Shown piece by piece: positions 44,530 to 54,247 of a stretch of DNA of 64,000 bases (positions are counted from its first letter, which is position 1; each line of letters starts with the position of its first letter). Source of the stretch: Carpediemonas membranifera BICM (taxonomy: Eukaryota > Protista > Fornicata); assembly GCA_019828565.1 (NCBI GenBank), contig JAHDYR010000020.1, forward strand, positions 124,001 to 188,000, in the 5' to 3' direction. The notes under the pieces were generated by a model. The model made no database searches. It was not told the origin of the DNA and saw nothing but the letters and a program-made list of their open reading frames with translations. Both the position numbers and the translations under genes were made by a program.

Positions 44530-45645
44530 TCAATCAAATCTGATCGGAGCCACCATCCCGCTGCCGAGGAGGCCGTGTGATGACAGATAACTGTCGAACG
44601 CCCGGGCCAGCAGGCTACAGAACTCAGCAGTGCCGCTACCCTGCCGAACGTCGCCAAAGATAGCGAGCACAAGGCTCTCACTCATCGGCGGCTGGACGAA
44701 ACCGGGCTGCCGCAGAATGTCGGCGAGGGACTGCAGGGCGGCGCTCGAAAGGAGGCCCGTCGAGTGCAGCGCGACGTTGGCACAGAATGAGATGAATTCG
44801 CTCATGTAGTTGGGGATCCGTCCGAGGGCCCCGCACATGGCCCCCTCGACGGCGGCCCGGATGATGATCGCAGTCGCGGCGTCAGGGAGTGTGCCAGTCT
44901 GGTACGACCGGAGGATGAGGAACACATCCCCGTAAATTGCCACTAAATCCTCAATTTCCCCGCTGGCGAGGCTGTCTCCAAGAGACAGGATGGCGTCAGA
45001 CACTGCCCCGGCGACCACGTTGATCAGCGTCGCTCTCTCGGGACCCTCCTCGGCGGACGGGATGACCGACAGGATTGCCCGGAGGAGGCCGATGTGGGGC
45101 TCGCCGACAGTGCGGACGGTCGCGACGGAGACGAGGATGTCCTTGGATGACACGGCAGTCACCAGCAAAGGGAGGAACGTGCCGCGGTGCTTGAGCTGGT
45201 TGCGTAAGACGAGCGTGAGATTCGACAACAGGATTTCGATTTGTTGGTGATATAGAGTAGAGTCGGGTGGGAGCAACAGGGCCAGGCGGGAAAGAAGGCC
45301 TGCACTGTATGCTGTGATGAATGTGTCCCGGCGACTGAGGAGGCTAGTGGCGTCGTTGACCATCCGCTCGATGTCAAACGCCTGGAGTGAAGAAAGATAC
45401 GGAAGGTCGCAGCATCCCGCGATGAAGAGGGCGCGGACAAGAAGAGATTGGGAAGAAATGCGACCAGAGTTGAATGCTGTGGCAACATAATCAGCGATAC
45501 GGCTAACATCAGTGATCTTTTCCTCTTCGAGTCTGTTTTGCATGAAACGGATTGTTTTCAGGCAGCGTACAGAGCTAGGCTCCCTCTCAATACCTGCAAG
45601 GAACGATGATATGTCCTTATATAGCCTTTGCTGCTCCTCTGCCAT
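44530..45645 (-). CDS. Hypothetical helical-repeat protein
   Basis: 371-aa Leu-rich ORF. Confidence 0.65.
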   Translation of the reverse strand: MAEEQQRLYKDISSFLAGIEREPSSVRCLKTIRFMQNRLEEEKITDVSRIADYVATAFNSGRISSQSLLVRALFIAGCCDLPYLSSLQAFDIERMVNDATSLLSRRDTFITAYSAGLLSRLALLLPPDSTLYHQQIEILLSNLTLVLRNQLKHRGTFLPLLVTAVSSKDILVSVATVRTVGEPHIGLLRAILSVIPSAEEGPERATLINVVAGAVSDAILSLGDSLASGEIEDLVAIYGDVFLILRSYQTGTLPDAATAIIIRAAVEGAMCGALGRIPNYMSEFISFCANVALHSTGLLSSAALQSLADILRQPGFVQPPMSESLVLAIFGDVRQGSGTAEFCSLLARAFDSYLSSHGLLGSGMVAPIRFD

Positions 45646-45695
45646 GATTTAGTCAGGCCGAAATTTCTTCAAAGTGCAGTTTAAGGACAGGTGGG

Positions 45696-47607
45696 TGTGG
45701 TATTTAGAGGTTTATGTGGAGGATTCATGTAAAGGTGACTTAAGCTGCTTTAGACTCAACAATTCTAATCCTGCGCAGCACACTACCTCCACTCACCCAC
45801 TTCAGCCCTCGTCTGTACAATCGGGCTTTCGTGCTTTCAGTCGTCGGTCTGCACGAAAAGATGCGTCGTCCATCGTCTGTGTCGAATGCTGCTGTCTTCT
45901 TTCGCGTCTGTGCTCGTCTGTTACGCGCTCATCTGTCGTCCATTGCCGGCGTCTGAAGCTCATGACGTCGTCGTCTTCGTCGTCTTCGTCTGTTGTGAGA
46001 GACACTAGTGGTGGAAAGCGGTTGTAGCTAGTAGTAAAGACGCTTTGTGCTGTATGATGCTGGTTTCTTGTGTTTTGAGGGATGCTGCTAGCTGATGAAC
46101 CCTGAAAAGAAATGATCGATGCAGGCAGCTCAATAGACTCCAATACCTTCCAAGATATACACGGTGAAGGCTTCCGTTAACAAGGCCATTGGCGAGATTA
46201 ACGGCGGAGGCGATAACAACGCGCCGCGGCGAGGAAATCTTGAACCCGGCATGCGTTCTTTCACGCAGGCTAAGTACACATTCACTTGCCTGCTTGCGTG
46301 CGTCTCTGCATCTGCGCACGCGTTGACCCACCGAGGACGGTCAACCTGTTCGACCAGGAGGTCCTCAAGCAGATCGTCAGCATTGCTCAGCAAAAGGTGT
46401 CGAAGGCAAAGGCAGCGGATCGGTGCAGGTGGATTGGCGACCTGGAGATGTGGAGGGACCCTGACATAACCCCACTCGTCCGGGACTTCAGGGAAGTCTA
46501 CGTTGGAATTGCAGCGCCATTTCAGAGCTGGTTGGGCGAGTACTCCACAGCCACCCGGGTCTGGCTCTCGCGCGCGTCACCCGGGTACCTGACCCGTCTT
46601 CGTGCTGGATTAGAACGGGTGCGTCCGCTCCTCCATGATCGGCCGGGTGTTCGACAGGATTTTCTCGACACCCAAGGCGAGCTCGACACTGAGGTTGCCG
46701 CCATAGCCGCCGATCATGGCATGCATCATCGTCAAATGCATGCATCGCCCGAGGGGCAACGGGTGGGTCGCACTGGTACCGTGGCCGAGGCCCTTGTCGG
46801 CGTGCTGTCGTGCGTCACGCGCATGAGTGCTGCAGTGACCAAGCTGGTCACACTCACTCGTGCCGTGAACCTCGAGCTCAGTCAGGCCCTGCCAGAGCCG
46901 AAGCTCGTTCCGTTCGTGCCGATGGCGCCGGTCAGGCCTGGGTTCATGACCATCGAGCGCGGAGTAACAGCGCTCACCCCAGCGATGAAGAGGCGCCTCC
47001 GTGTCTATCGGGATTGGTCAGCGAAGAGTAACTTGACCGACGAGCAGGTTGATAGATACGAGCGTGATCACGGCGACATCACCAAGCTCCGCAGAGTGCT
47101 CTCTGTGAAGACTGACGGGGTCTCTGCTGCTGTGACGGTTTGGGTGGGTCGCGAGAAATACCGTGGCGGTCGGGTGGCTGACCGGCCCACGTACAAAGGT
47201 AGCAGCAACAAGCGGGCTCGGCTCGGTCAGGATGACGCCGAGGCTACTCCTGCCCCGGACATTCAAGCTCTCATGGGCTTCGACCCTGGTGCTCGGTCGC
47301 TGGGCGGCTACACGATCCGCCGCCCAGACGGGCAGAGTGTATCTGGCGTACTCGCTAAGTGTGGCTACACTGCCACCCCCTCTTTCCGCGTGAATATGAG
47401 CGCAGCATCGTTCAAAACGACAAGTCTAGAGGCTCTCAAACAGTCGATTAGGTTTGTCCATGAGAACATCGTTCAGATCATCAACGAGGGGACGAGAAAA
47501 GTGTTTCCGCCGTGCGACTTTTGCCAATCACCGTCTGCGCCTGAAGCACTTCGCCCGGGCTGGACGTCATTGTTTTGGACTCAACAATTCTAATCCTGCG
47601 CAGCACA
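45696..47607 (+). mobile_element. Fanzor element family B (internally deleted), TG...CA, 30-bp direct repeats, 5-bp TSD GTGGG
   Basis: Perfect repeat GACTCAACAATTCTAATCCTGCGCAGCACA at 45753-45782 and 47578-47607. TSD at 45691-45695 and, after removing the Ty3, 47608-47609 + 52296-52298. Confidence 0.75.
46119..47570 (+). pseudogene. Fanzor1-like nuclease, N-terminal ~480 aa (premature stop, frameshifts, C-terminus deleted)
   Basis: YTVKASVNK start, RuvC-I MGFDPGARSL, bridge-helix RLKHFARAG matching RQKHFARCG of family A. Confidence 0.75.
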
Positions 47608-47609
47608 GT

Positions 47610-50600
47610 TGTCGCCACAATGGACTGATGTGAACAGGGTGCAGTTTATCTCACACTACATTCCCCTCCAGAGGAACTAGTCCAGTCTGTTGGCACGTCT
47701 GTGACCGGACTGAGGCTTGGCCTCGAAAGCCTTGATCGCACGGTCAAGGTCAGGGTGAGATGAACGATAGTGGGTGAGAGCGGAGAGCGTCTTGATCTCA
47801 GTGTAACGCCGCTCGCTGTCTTCATCTGATTCATGCCCAAGCCAGTGAACAGTCAGAACTGGCTCGAGAGTGTCGGCTTCAAGACGCCAACCAACGATAG
47901 AGTCTACGACACCCCAGACAGTGTCGGACATGAACGCAACCTTGGCCTCTCCAACAGAGGGCTTACGAGGGAGCTTTGCGAGTCTGTTCGCATGACGCTT
48001 GATGATGACCTTGGTCACAGGATTCATCAGGCTGTAGGTATCAGGACCGTCAGCGGCTCCTGTCACCAGATAAGGTCCGCGCAAGTGGAACTCAAGACGA
48101 GGTACAGGCTGGTCACGCTTAACCAGGACCCAATCGCCGATATTGAGCTGCTTCGAACCGAATCGAGGGAAATGCTCATCCTTCCACCTCCTCCGGTGAA
48201 GCTGAGCTGCCTGTAGCTTGGCAATAACGCTCTTAGCGCGCTCCTGCGTCTCGGCAGTGATATGCGATCTGTCAGGAGTGATAGGTTCGCCGTTCTTAAC
48301 AGCGTGATGGACAAGTGCAGCCGAAAGAGCAACCTCTCTAGGCGTAGCGCCTCCCAGTGACACACTGGGGGTAGCATTGATGTTAATCTCCGCTTGGGAC
48401 ATAGCATTGCGCCATTGGTGGCGCGGACAATCAGATAACGTTCCAATAGCGACCCTAAGGTGCTTGTTGGCCTCCCGGTTAAATCTCTCAACGAGGCCAT
48501 TTGCCTCGTGCCTTTCAGGCGTAGTTACGCGATGGTAAATGCCGAAGGTAGCGCAGAAGGTCTTAAAGTCATGGTTGCAAAACTGAGTACCACTGTCAGT
48601 TACAATCTGGTCGGGGCACGCCCAACGCGCGATGATGATCGACCGGATTGCCATAATAGTCTCGCGAGCCTCAGTGCTCTTAAGAGGGATAAGGTGGGTG
48701 AGGTGGGAACCTCCGTCAACGCATGTCATGATATACCGGTAGCCCGAGTCCTCAGGAGTTATAGGTCCGATAGTATCCACGTGGAGCGTGGCCAACGGCC
48801 TGTCAGCTGGCAGCTGGCGCTCGATGTACATGACATTTGGTTGAGCACGGTGTGAGCGCTGACATGTCACACACCGTTCTACATAAGACTCCACGTCCTT
48901 TCGAGCCCCAGTCCAACTGAGTCCGGCAACCTCCAAGAGGTGTAGGGTGGTGTCTACTCCGGCATGATGCCTGCTGTGCACAGACTGGAAGCGAGATTGC
49001 TTGATGTCGTCAGTCAGAACAGCGTTCTCCCCAATATACATGATGGGAAGCCTTGACAGGCTGTCAGCAGCCGTGTTGTCGCGCCCAGGGATATGCACGA
49101 CTTCATAGATGGGGAAGCGGGCCATCTCTAAGGCCCAACGAGTGACCTTGGGCGTCGAGGATGCAACCATCGACACAAGGCATGAGTTGTCAGTGTGGAG
49201 TGATATGGGCGTACCAATAAGCATAGGACGGAAGCGCTCCAGAGCAGCGAACACAGCCCACTGCTCTTTCTCGACAGTCTTCCAGACACACTGCTGTTTG
49301 TCAAAGCGGCGTGAAAAGAATGCCAAAGGGTGGCCATCCTGCACCAGGACGGCACCAACGCCCACGTTGCTCGCGTCAGTATAGAGATCGAGTGGCTTGT
49401 TGGGATTGAAATGATAGAGTGTGACCGCCTCACTTGCAGCCTCTCTCAAACACTCAAGGGAGTGGCGTCTCTGCTCAACTGAAATCGTCTCCCCGGCCTT
49501 AAACCTCTCGAGAGGGTCTGCCTTTCCGATGTAGTCCGGTATAAATCTTCTGATAAAGCCAAAAACCCCGAGCACATGTTGTGCTTCGGACTTGTTCAGA
49601 GGGACACGGATATTAGTCAATGAGTCGAGTCTGGATGGGTGGATCGAGACCCCCGTTCCAGACACAACCGAACCCAGATAATCAATTTGGGTTAAGCCAA
49701 TGTGAGACTTGGGCCCCGACAGCCGGATTCGATGATCACAGCAGACGTCAAACAGCTCCTCAACCACAGAAAGGAGGTCTGCAGCCGAGCCTGCGTAGCA
49801 GAGTACGTCATCAACAAAGATCAGGCACTTAAGCTTGTACTTGCGACGCAGACCATCAAGTCTGGACTGAAAGATCATAGGCCCATTCATGAGGCCAAAG
49901 GGCAGACGACGGAAGACATATCTCTCGCCACGATGTTCAAAGCCTGTCGCCATAGAGGCCTGCTCGGTCAGATTGAGCTGATGGAAACCCGAGCGGAGGT
50001 CGAAGCAGGCAAACACCTCGGAGCCTCGACATGCCTCGTAAAGCTCTTCCACAGTTGGCATAGGATGTTCCTCGACCTCAGTAGCCGCGTTAACATGGCG
50101 GTAGTCGAGAATGGGTCTGAACGGTGGGTTCGCGGAGGGCTTACCAACCATAAACACGGGGGAGAGCCATTTCAGGTCAGCAGTTGTGCTCTCGATGGTC
50201 CCGTTATCAAGCATAGACTCAATAAAGGTATCCATGGCCTCGAGGTGGGCCTTGTTCCGGATAGGTCTCATGATCTGGGAGGGGACGATGCCATCCTTCC
50301 AGATAATGTCAAACTCTGCCAAATCAGCTCCCGATGGGTGCAACGGACCAAAGAGCTCACTATGCTTCTCGCACAGTGCATGGAACTTAGGTGCAAGATC
50401 ACCGAGGTTCGAATCATGGATAGTAGGAAGAGTGTAGCCGCCGACATATAGGTTAGCTAACTCAACAAAGTCGTTGACCGGATCTGTCGAAGGAGTCTTA
50501 TCCTCCTCCGGCTCTGGCTTATTAACGCCAAAGGACAGTCCTACTGCACGCATGGCAGTCTTACCCAGGATGAGTGCCGTGGGTAGGTCAGGGATAATAA

Positions 50601-52290
50601 CAGCATCAAGCTGTCGGCCACGCACCGGGAAACAACCGGGCATGGAGACAATAGGGCTCAGCGTCGTAGTACCAACATAGCAGCCACACTGGCCATTCCA
50701 GCTGTTGACGTGGCCCTCGGCCGGTGTAACTGTTAGACCCAGGCGTTCAGCCGCCTCAGGCCTCATCATAACGGCAAACTGCTTGGCACAAGAGTCGGCC
50801 TCTGCAACAACCACAGGACCGCCGTGACGTGTGCTAACCTCGACGAGGAAGTCATCGTAGGTTTCAGGCAGCTCAGTCATCATGGGTTCAACATAGATAC
50901 CCGAGTGCTCAGCCTTCGGGATAAAACCATTGTAAGAGTTCTTGTTGCGTGTCGAGCGCCCTTCAGTCTTGACTCGGTCAGCGATGGACTCCAGAGTCAC
51001 ATTGTGCGCCTTCATAGCAGCTAAAGCAGTCTTACAAGGCTGCTTGTCGAGATCCTGAGCTCTCCGGACATGGTTCATGAGCTTGGGGATGGTAAGGACC
51101 TTAGTAATGTCGGCTTGCTGCTTTGCATTCGCAGCCTGTAGGACGTGGCAGTCACTGCTACCGTGGTCGTCGACGAGGTGGAAGCAACAGAATTTCCCAC
51201 CGGAGTTCTTCGGGCCTGCGGTCATCGCCCTCGGAGCGATGTCTCCCTTAACAGTACGGGAGAAGGGCTTGGACTGAGTGGAGATGGGGGTCACAGCCTC
51301 CATGACTCCATCAACTCTACGTAGAAAGTCGCGAAGCTCAGTGGACTTCTTGAGAGCCTCGCTAATCAAGGTGTCAACAGTCACAGTATGATCGAGTATG
51401 CGCCGAGAGTACCCCGTGCCAAAGAGGTAGTTGAGGGTGACGTCATTCGGGGCACGCACTCCTTCGATGAGGAGCCTCTTAATCTCACTTCTTAGACCAT
51501 GGTCATCGGAGCACTGAAGCGAATCCAGGGTCTGGCGGAAGGCCAATAGGAATGTGATGGTGGACTCGAGCGATTCGAGCCTTGTTCCGTGATTGACCTG
51601 CGACACAGCCGCCAAGATAGCTAGAGCATCAGAATCCGTCATCTTAAGTTCCTGACGCAAGTAGTCAAGGTAATTGTCGGCCTGCTTACCGAGGGCTTCG
51701 GTCTTGGATAGGGCCGTCTCCTTAGGGAGAGCGAGCGAGTGCTCTATGGTCTCCTCCATCGTCGTCAAATAGTTAGCTCTTGCCTTCGAGAGCTTGTCTT
51801 CACGCTTAGCCTTAGCATCAGGCGTCTCCTCATCGGGAACAATCTGAAGAGTAGTAATATACTCCTTAAGCATGGTTACTGTTCGAGAGAGCTTCGTGAA
51901 ACGGTCAGATGAACCGTTATACATCTTCGATGAGAGGTATGGCTCTATCTCTTGGGCCAAATACGACACGAGTTCAGTAGCAGAGGTGAACTTTCGTGTT
52001 GATGAAGAGTAGGAATTGGGCAGAACCTTCAGCTCCGCCGTGGGGTCATGAATGGTGGCTAAGAAAGCCAATGCGGGTGCGTTCGATAGAACCTTCCCAA
52101 GTGTCAGCACGTTCTTGTTATCACTGAGATTGTGATTTTTCAGTAGGAGGATCCAGTGATTCCATGCAGCATAATCCCGTTTGTTAGGGGGATCCTTCAA
52201 AGCTGATATGTCCATGTTCTTAATAGCAGTAGAAGCTTCTGTCGCCACAATGGACTGATGTGAACAGGGTGCAGTTTATCTCACACTACA
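47610..52290 (-). mobile_element. Intact Ty3/gypsy chromovirus-like LTR retrotransposon with 51-bp identical LTRs and 5-bp TSD ACAGT
   Basis: LTRs at 47610-47660 and 52240-52290 (TG...CA); PPT GGAGGGGAA adjacent to the 3' LTR; TSD at 47605-47609 and 52291-52295. Confidence 0.95.
47677..52215 (-). CDS. Gag-Pol polyprotein (Gag Zn knuckle, protease, RT, RNase H, integrase, chromodomain)
   Basis: CFH...H....C; ADSCA; DLRSGFHQ, LPFGL, FVDD; YTDAS; HH..CC, VDTIG, TDSG, VERFN; IVG.R...VHWLG. Confidence 0.95.
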   Translation of the reverse strand: MDISALKDPPNKRDYAAWNHWILLLKNHNLSDNKNVLTLGKVLSNAPALAFLATIHDPTAELKVLPNSYSSSTRKFTSATELVSYLAQEIEPYLSSKMYNGSSDRFTKLSRTVTMLKEYITTLQIVPDEETPDAKAKREDKLSKARANYLTTMEETIEHSLALPKETALSKTEALGKQADNYLDYLRQELKMTDSDALAILAAVSQVNHGTRLESLESTITFLLAFRQTLDSLQCSDDHGLRSEIKRLLIEGVRAPNDVTLNYLFGTGYSRRILDHTVTVDTLISEALKKSTELRDFLRRVDGVMEAVTPISTQSKPFSRTVKGDIAPRAMTAGPKNSGGKFCCFHLVDDHGSSDCHVLQAANAKQQADITKVLTIPKLMNHVRRAQDLDKQPCKTALAAMKAHNVTLESIADRVKTEGRSTRNKNSYNGFIPKAEHSGIYVEPMMTELPETYDDFLVEVSTRHGGPVVVAEADSCAKQFAVMMRPEAAERLGLTVTPAEGHVNSWNGQCGCYVGTTTLSPIVSMPGCFPVRGRQLDAVIIPDLPTALILGKTAMRAVGLSFGVNKPEPEEDKTPSTDPVNDFVELANLYVGGYTLPTIHDSNLGDLAPKFHALCEKHSELFGPLHPSGADLAEFDIIWKDGIVPSQIMRPIRNKAHLEAMDTFIESMLDNGTIESTTADLKWLSPVFMVGKPSANPPFRPILDYRHVNAATEVEEHPMPTVEELYEACRGSEVFACFDLRSGFHQLNLTEQASMATGFEHRGERYVFRRLPFGLMNGPMIFQSRLDGLRRKYKLKCLIFVDDVLCYAGSAADLLSVVEELFDVCCDHRIRLSGPKSHIGLTQIDYLGSVVSGTGVSIHPSRLDSLTNIRVPLNKSEAQHVLGVFGFIRRFIPDYIGKADPLERFKAGETISVEQRRHSLECLREAASEAVTLYHFNPNKPLDLYTDASNVGVGAVLVQDGHPLAFFSRRFDKQQCVWKTVEKEQWAVFAALERFRPMLIGTPISLHTDNSCLVSMVASSTPKVTRWALEMARFPIYEVVHIPGRDNTAADSLSRLPIMYIGENAVLTDDIKQSRFQSVHSRHHAGVDTTLHLLEVAGLSWTGARKDVESYVERCVTCQRSHRAQPNVMYIERQLPADRPLATLHVDTIGPITPEDSGYRYIMTCVDGGSHLTHLIPLKSTEARETIMAIRSIIIARWACPDQIVTDSGTQFCNHDFKTFCATFGIYHRVTTPERHEANGLVERFNREANKHLRVAIGTLSDCPRHQWRNAMSQAEININATPSVSLGGATPREVALSAALVHHAVKNGEPITPDRSHITAETQERAKSVIAKLQAAQLHRRRWKDEHFPRFGSKQLNIGDWVLVKRDQPVPRLEFHLRGPYLVTGAADGPDTYSLMNPVTKVIIKRHANRLAKLPRKPSVGEAKVAFMSDTVWGVVDSIVGWRLEADTLEPVLTVHWLGHESDEDSERRYTEIKTLSALTHYRSSHPDLDRAIKAFEAKPQSGHRRANRLD

Positions 52291-52293
52291 ACA

Positions 52294-52375
52294 GTGGGGA
52301 CTGCTTCGGCGGCCATCTAACCAGGCAACAAGTCACCTCATGCCGCGCGGGGTGCGGTTTTGCTACTGTTTACGA
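52294..52375 (+). repeat. Second copy of the 5905-5986 structured repeat; target of the family B insertion
   Basis: Sequence similarity; the reconstructed empty site CAGGTGGGGACTGCTTCGG matches 5902-5920. Confidence 0.7.
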
Positions 52376-52511
52376 GGGGTTGTATGTAAAAAGTTGAAGG
52401 AGCCACATGCTGAACGAGCTGACTGTGCCTAGCGGCATAGCAACTCTACCGCACAGTCATAACATATAATTTACCGTTGCGGAAATGCCATGACCTCGCC
52501 GCTCACCCCGT

Positions 52512-53291
52512 TCATCCCTGGAGGTGGCTGATGGCAGCATTCGGGGCATCAGCGAGACACCTCTCGATCGACCCCGGCTCACTGCACCCGACACAAATCA
52601 GGCCCCGCCTCTGCATCTCCACCACACACTTGTAATGGTATAGCTTCCCGCAGTCACAGGTGGCGAAGATGGATACCGGCTTGTCGCAGAAAGTGCACAC
52701 TGGGTCATGGGGAGTTGCCAGCTCTGCCAGGGCTCTCGGGCCGAGGATCAGGCGGAAGCTGTTGGGATCCTGCCCCAGGTAGTGGTGCTGCTTGAGAGTC
52801 TTGATGACGGTGTCCATCACGGCCCTGGAGATCTTCGCAGATGTCCGCAGGTTGTTCAGCTGGGTCTCGGCGAGGGGGCCGTCCTTCTTGAGCCGAGCAA
52901 TGAGAGAGGAGATGAAGACCCCGCGTTCTTTCTGGCCGATGCCGAGGACGTTGCTGAATATAATGGGATCAACAGTGTTTGTGGAGGTCAGGACGACGTA
53001 TGCGGCTTCGTCGAATGGATCATCGCTGCCTTGTAGCCAGTAGTAGTCTGGGAGTTCCTGCAGGACCAGTCGGTAGACGTTGGGCATTAGCTTGTTGACT
53101 TTGTCGATCATTTCGCGCACTAACTCTGTCTGACGCTCAACACCATCGACACCGGCTGAGTAATGGAGAAAAAGAAAGAACAAACGCGAGCATGTCTTTG
53201 AGAACATGTCCAGACGCATCACTGGATGCGCAAAGAACAACTTGAGCATTTGTGCCGGCGTCGGAACGGGTTCAGTTGGATCACGCGCCAT
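52512..53291 (-). CDS. Nse1-like SMC5/6 subunit (winged helices plus C-terminal RING)
   Basis: LILGPRALAEL followed by C4HC3-type RING CTFC...CDC...H..C...CVGC. Confidence 0.75.
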   Translation of the reverse strand: MARDPTEPVPTPAQMLKLFFAHPVMRLDMFSKTCSRLFFLFLHYSAGVDGVERQTELVREMIDKVNKLMPNVYRLVLQELPDYYWLQGSDDPFDEAAYVVLTSTNTVDPIIFSNVLGIGQKERGVFISSLIARLKKDGPLAETQLNNLRTSAKISRAVMDTVIKTLKQHHYLGQDPNSFRLILGPRALAELATPHDPVCTFCDKPVSIFATCDCGKLYHYKCVVEMQRRGLICVGCSEPGSIERCLADAPNAAISHLQG

Positions 53292-53310
53292 CCTCACTTA
53301 TCGCCCGCTT

Positions 53311-54149
53311 TGTTGCGCAGTATAAACACATTGTTCGAACCTCCAAGACAGGGCCTGAAAGGAACGATCAAAGTGCCAAACTGTACAATATCATCCGTCC
53401 GTAGACGAATGTTGGCGGTTAGCCAATTGATGATACTGGAATGAAGTTTGAAGACGTGGGATGTGCGACTGAACGGAGAGCCACTGAGCTCATCTTCCGT
53501 GGCAAGAGAACGCCACAGGATGTTCTCTGCAGCACTCTTGTCCCGATGATCAACATTCAGAGCATCAGGAACTGTTGCGCGCCACTGAGCACCACGGCAC
53601 TGTCGATTTTCGCAGAGCATCACACGATGTGGGTGAACGTGCTGGTCATCACGCGGACGAACTCGCTTGCAGGGGCGTGGCAGTGAGGGCAGACGACGGT
53701 GGTGCGATCCTCGTTAACCATGTTAAGATCGACGACAATGTTATACCCCTTGAGAAGGGGAACTATCTCTCTCGCGAACTTTCGATATGGCGCGCAAGGA
53801 ATGAACATACCAGCAGGCGTGGTGAATCCCGAGCTCCCGTAGAAGACTTTCAGGCGAATGGGGGTGGCGATGGGATGGTGGCGACCGAACTCCCGAGCCA
53901 ACTGTTGGCCGCAGTGGGCGAAGTGCTTCTGGCGAACTATACAAGTGTAGAGGTGAATTTAATGTGGAATAGAAGACAATGAGACGACGTGTGAGCGATT
54001 GTGATGTTGCAGCTGTGCTGACGTCCACGAAGAAGACGCTTTGTGGAAGCCCTGGAGAAGACGATCTCCCTACCGACTTTAGACGTGAGTAGGAGGGAGA
54101 CAGGGCAGTGTTGCGCAGTATAAACACATTGTTCGACCCTTCAATAGCA
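53311..54149 (-). mobile_element. Non-autonomous Fanzor element family A, copy 3
   Basis: Near-identical to copies 1 and 2. Flanking duplication CCCGCTT at 53304-53310 and 54150-54156 (or 5 bp if the end reads GGTGC). Keeps VFYGSSGF...CAPYRKF...VNEDRTTVVCPHC in one frame. Confidence 0.9.
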
Positions 54150-54247
54150 CCCGCTTCCATCCATAAAACTGCACTAAGTCAGCGAGCGTCCAAGTCATCG
54201 TCAAACTGTCATCACTCGAAAAATCTTTACTATATACTATACTACAC

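Noticed and set aside
45802-46143. 113-aa acidic minus-strand ORF
   Set aside because: Arises from GTC/TTC low-complexity sequence inside element B
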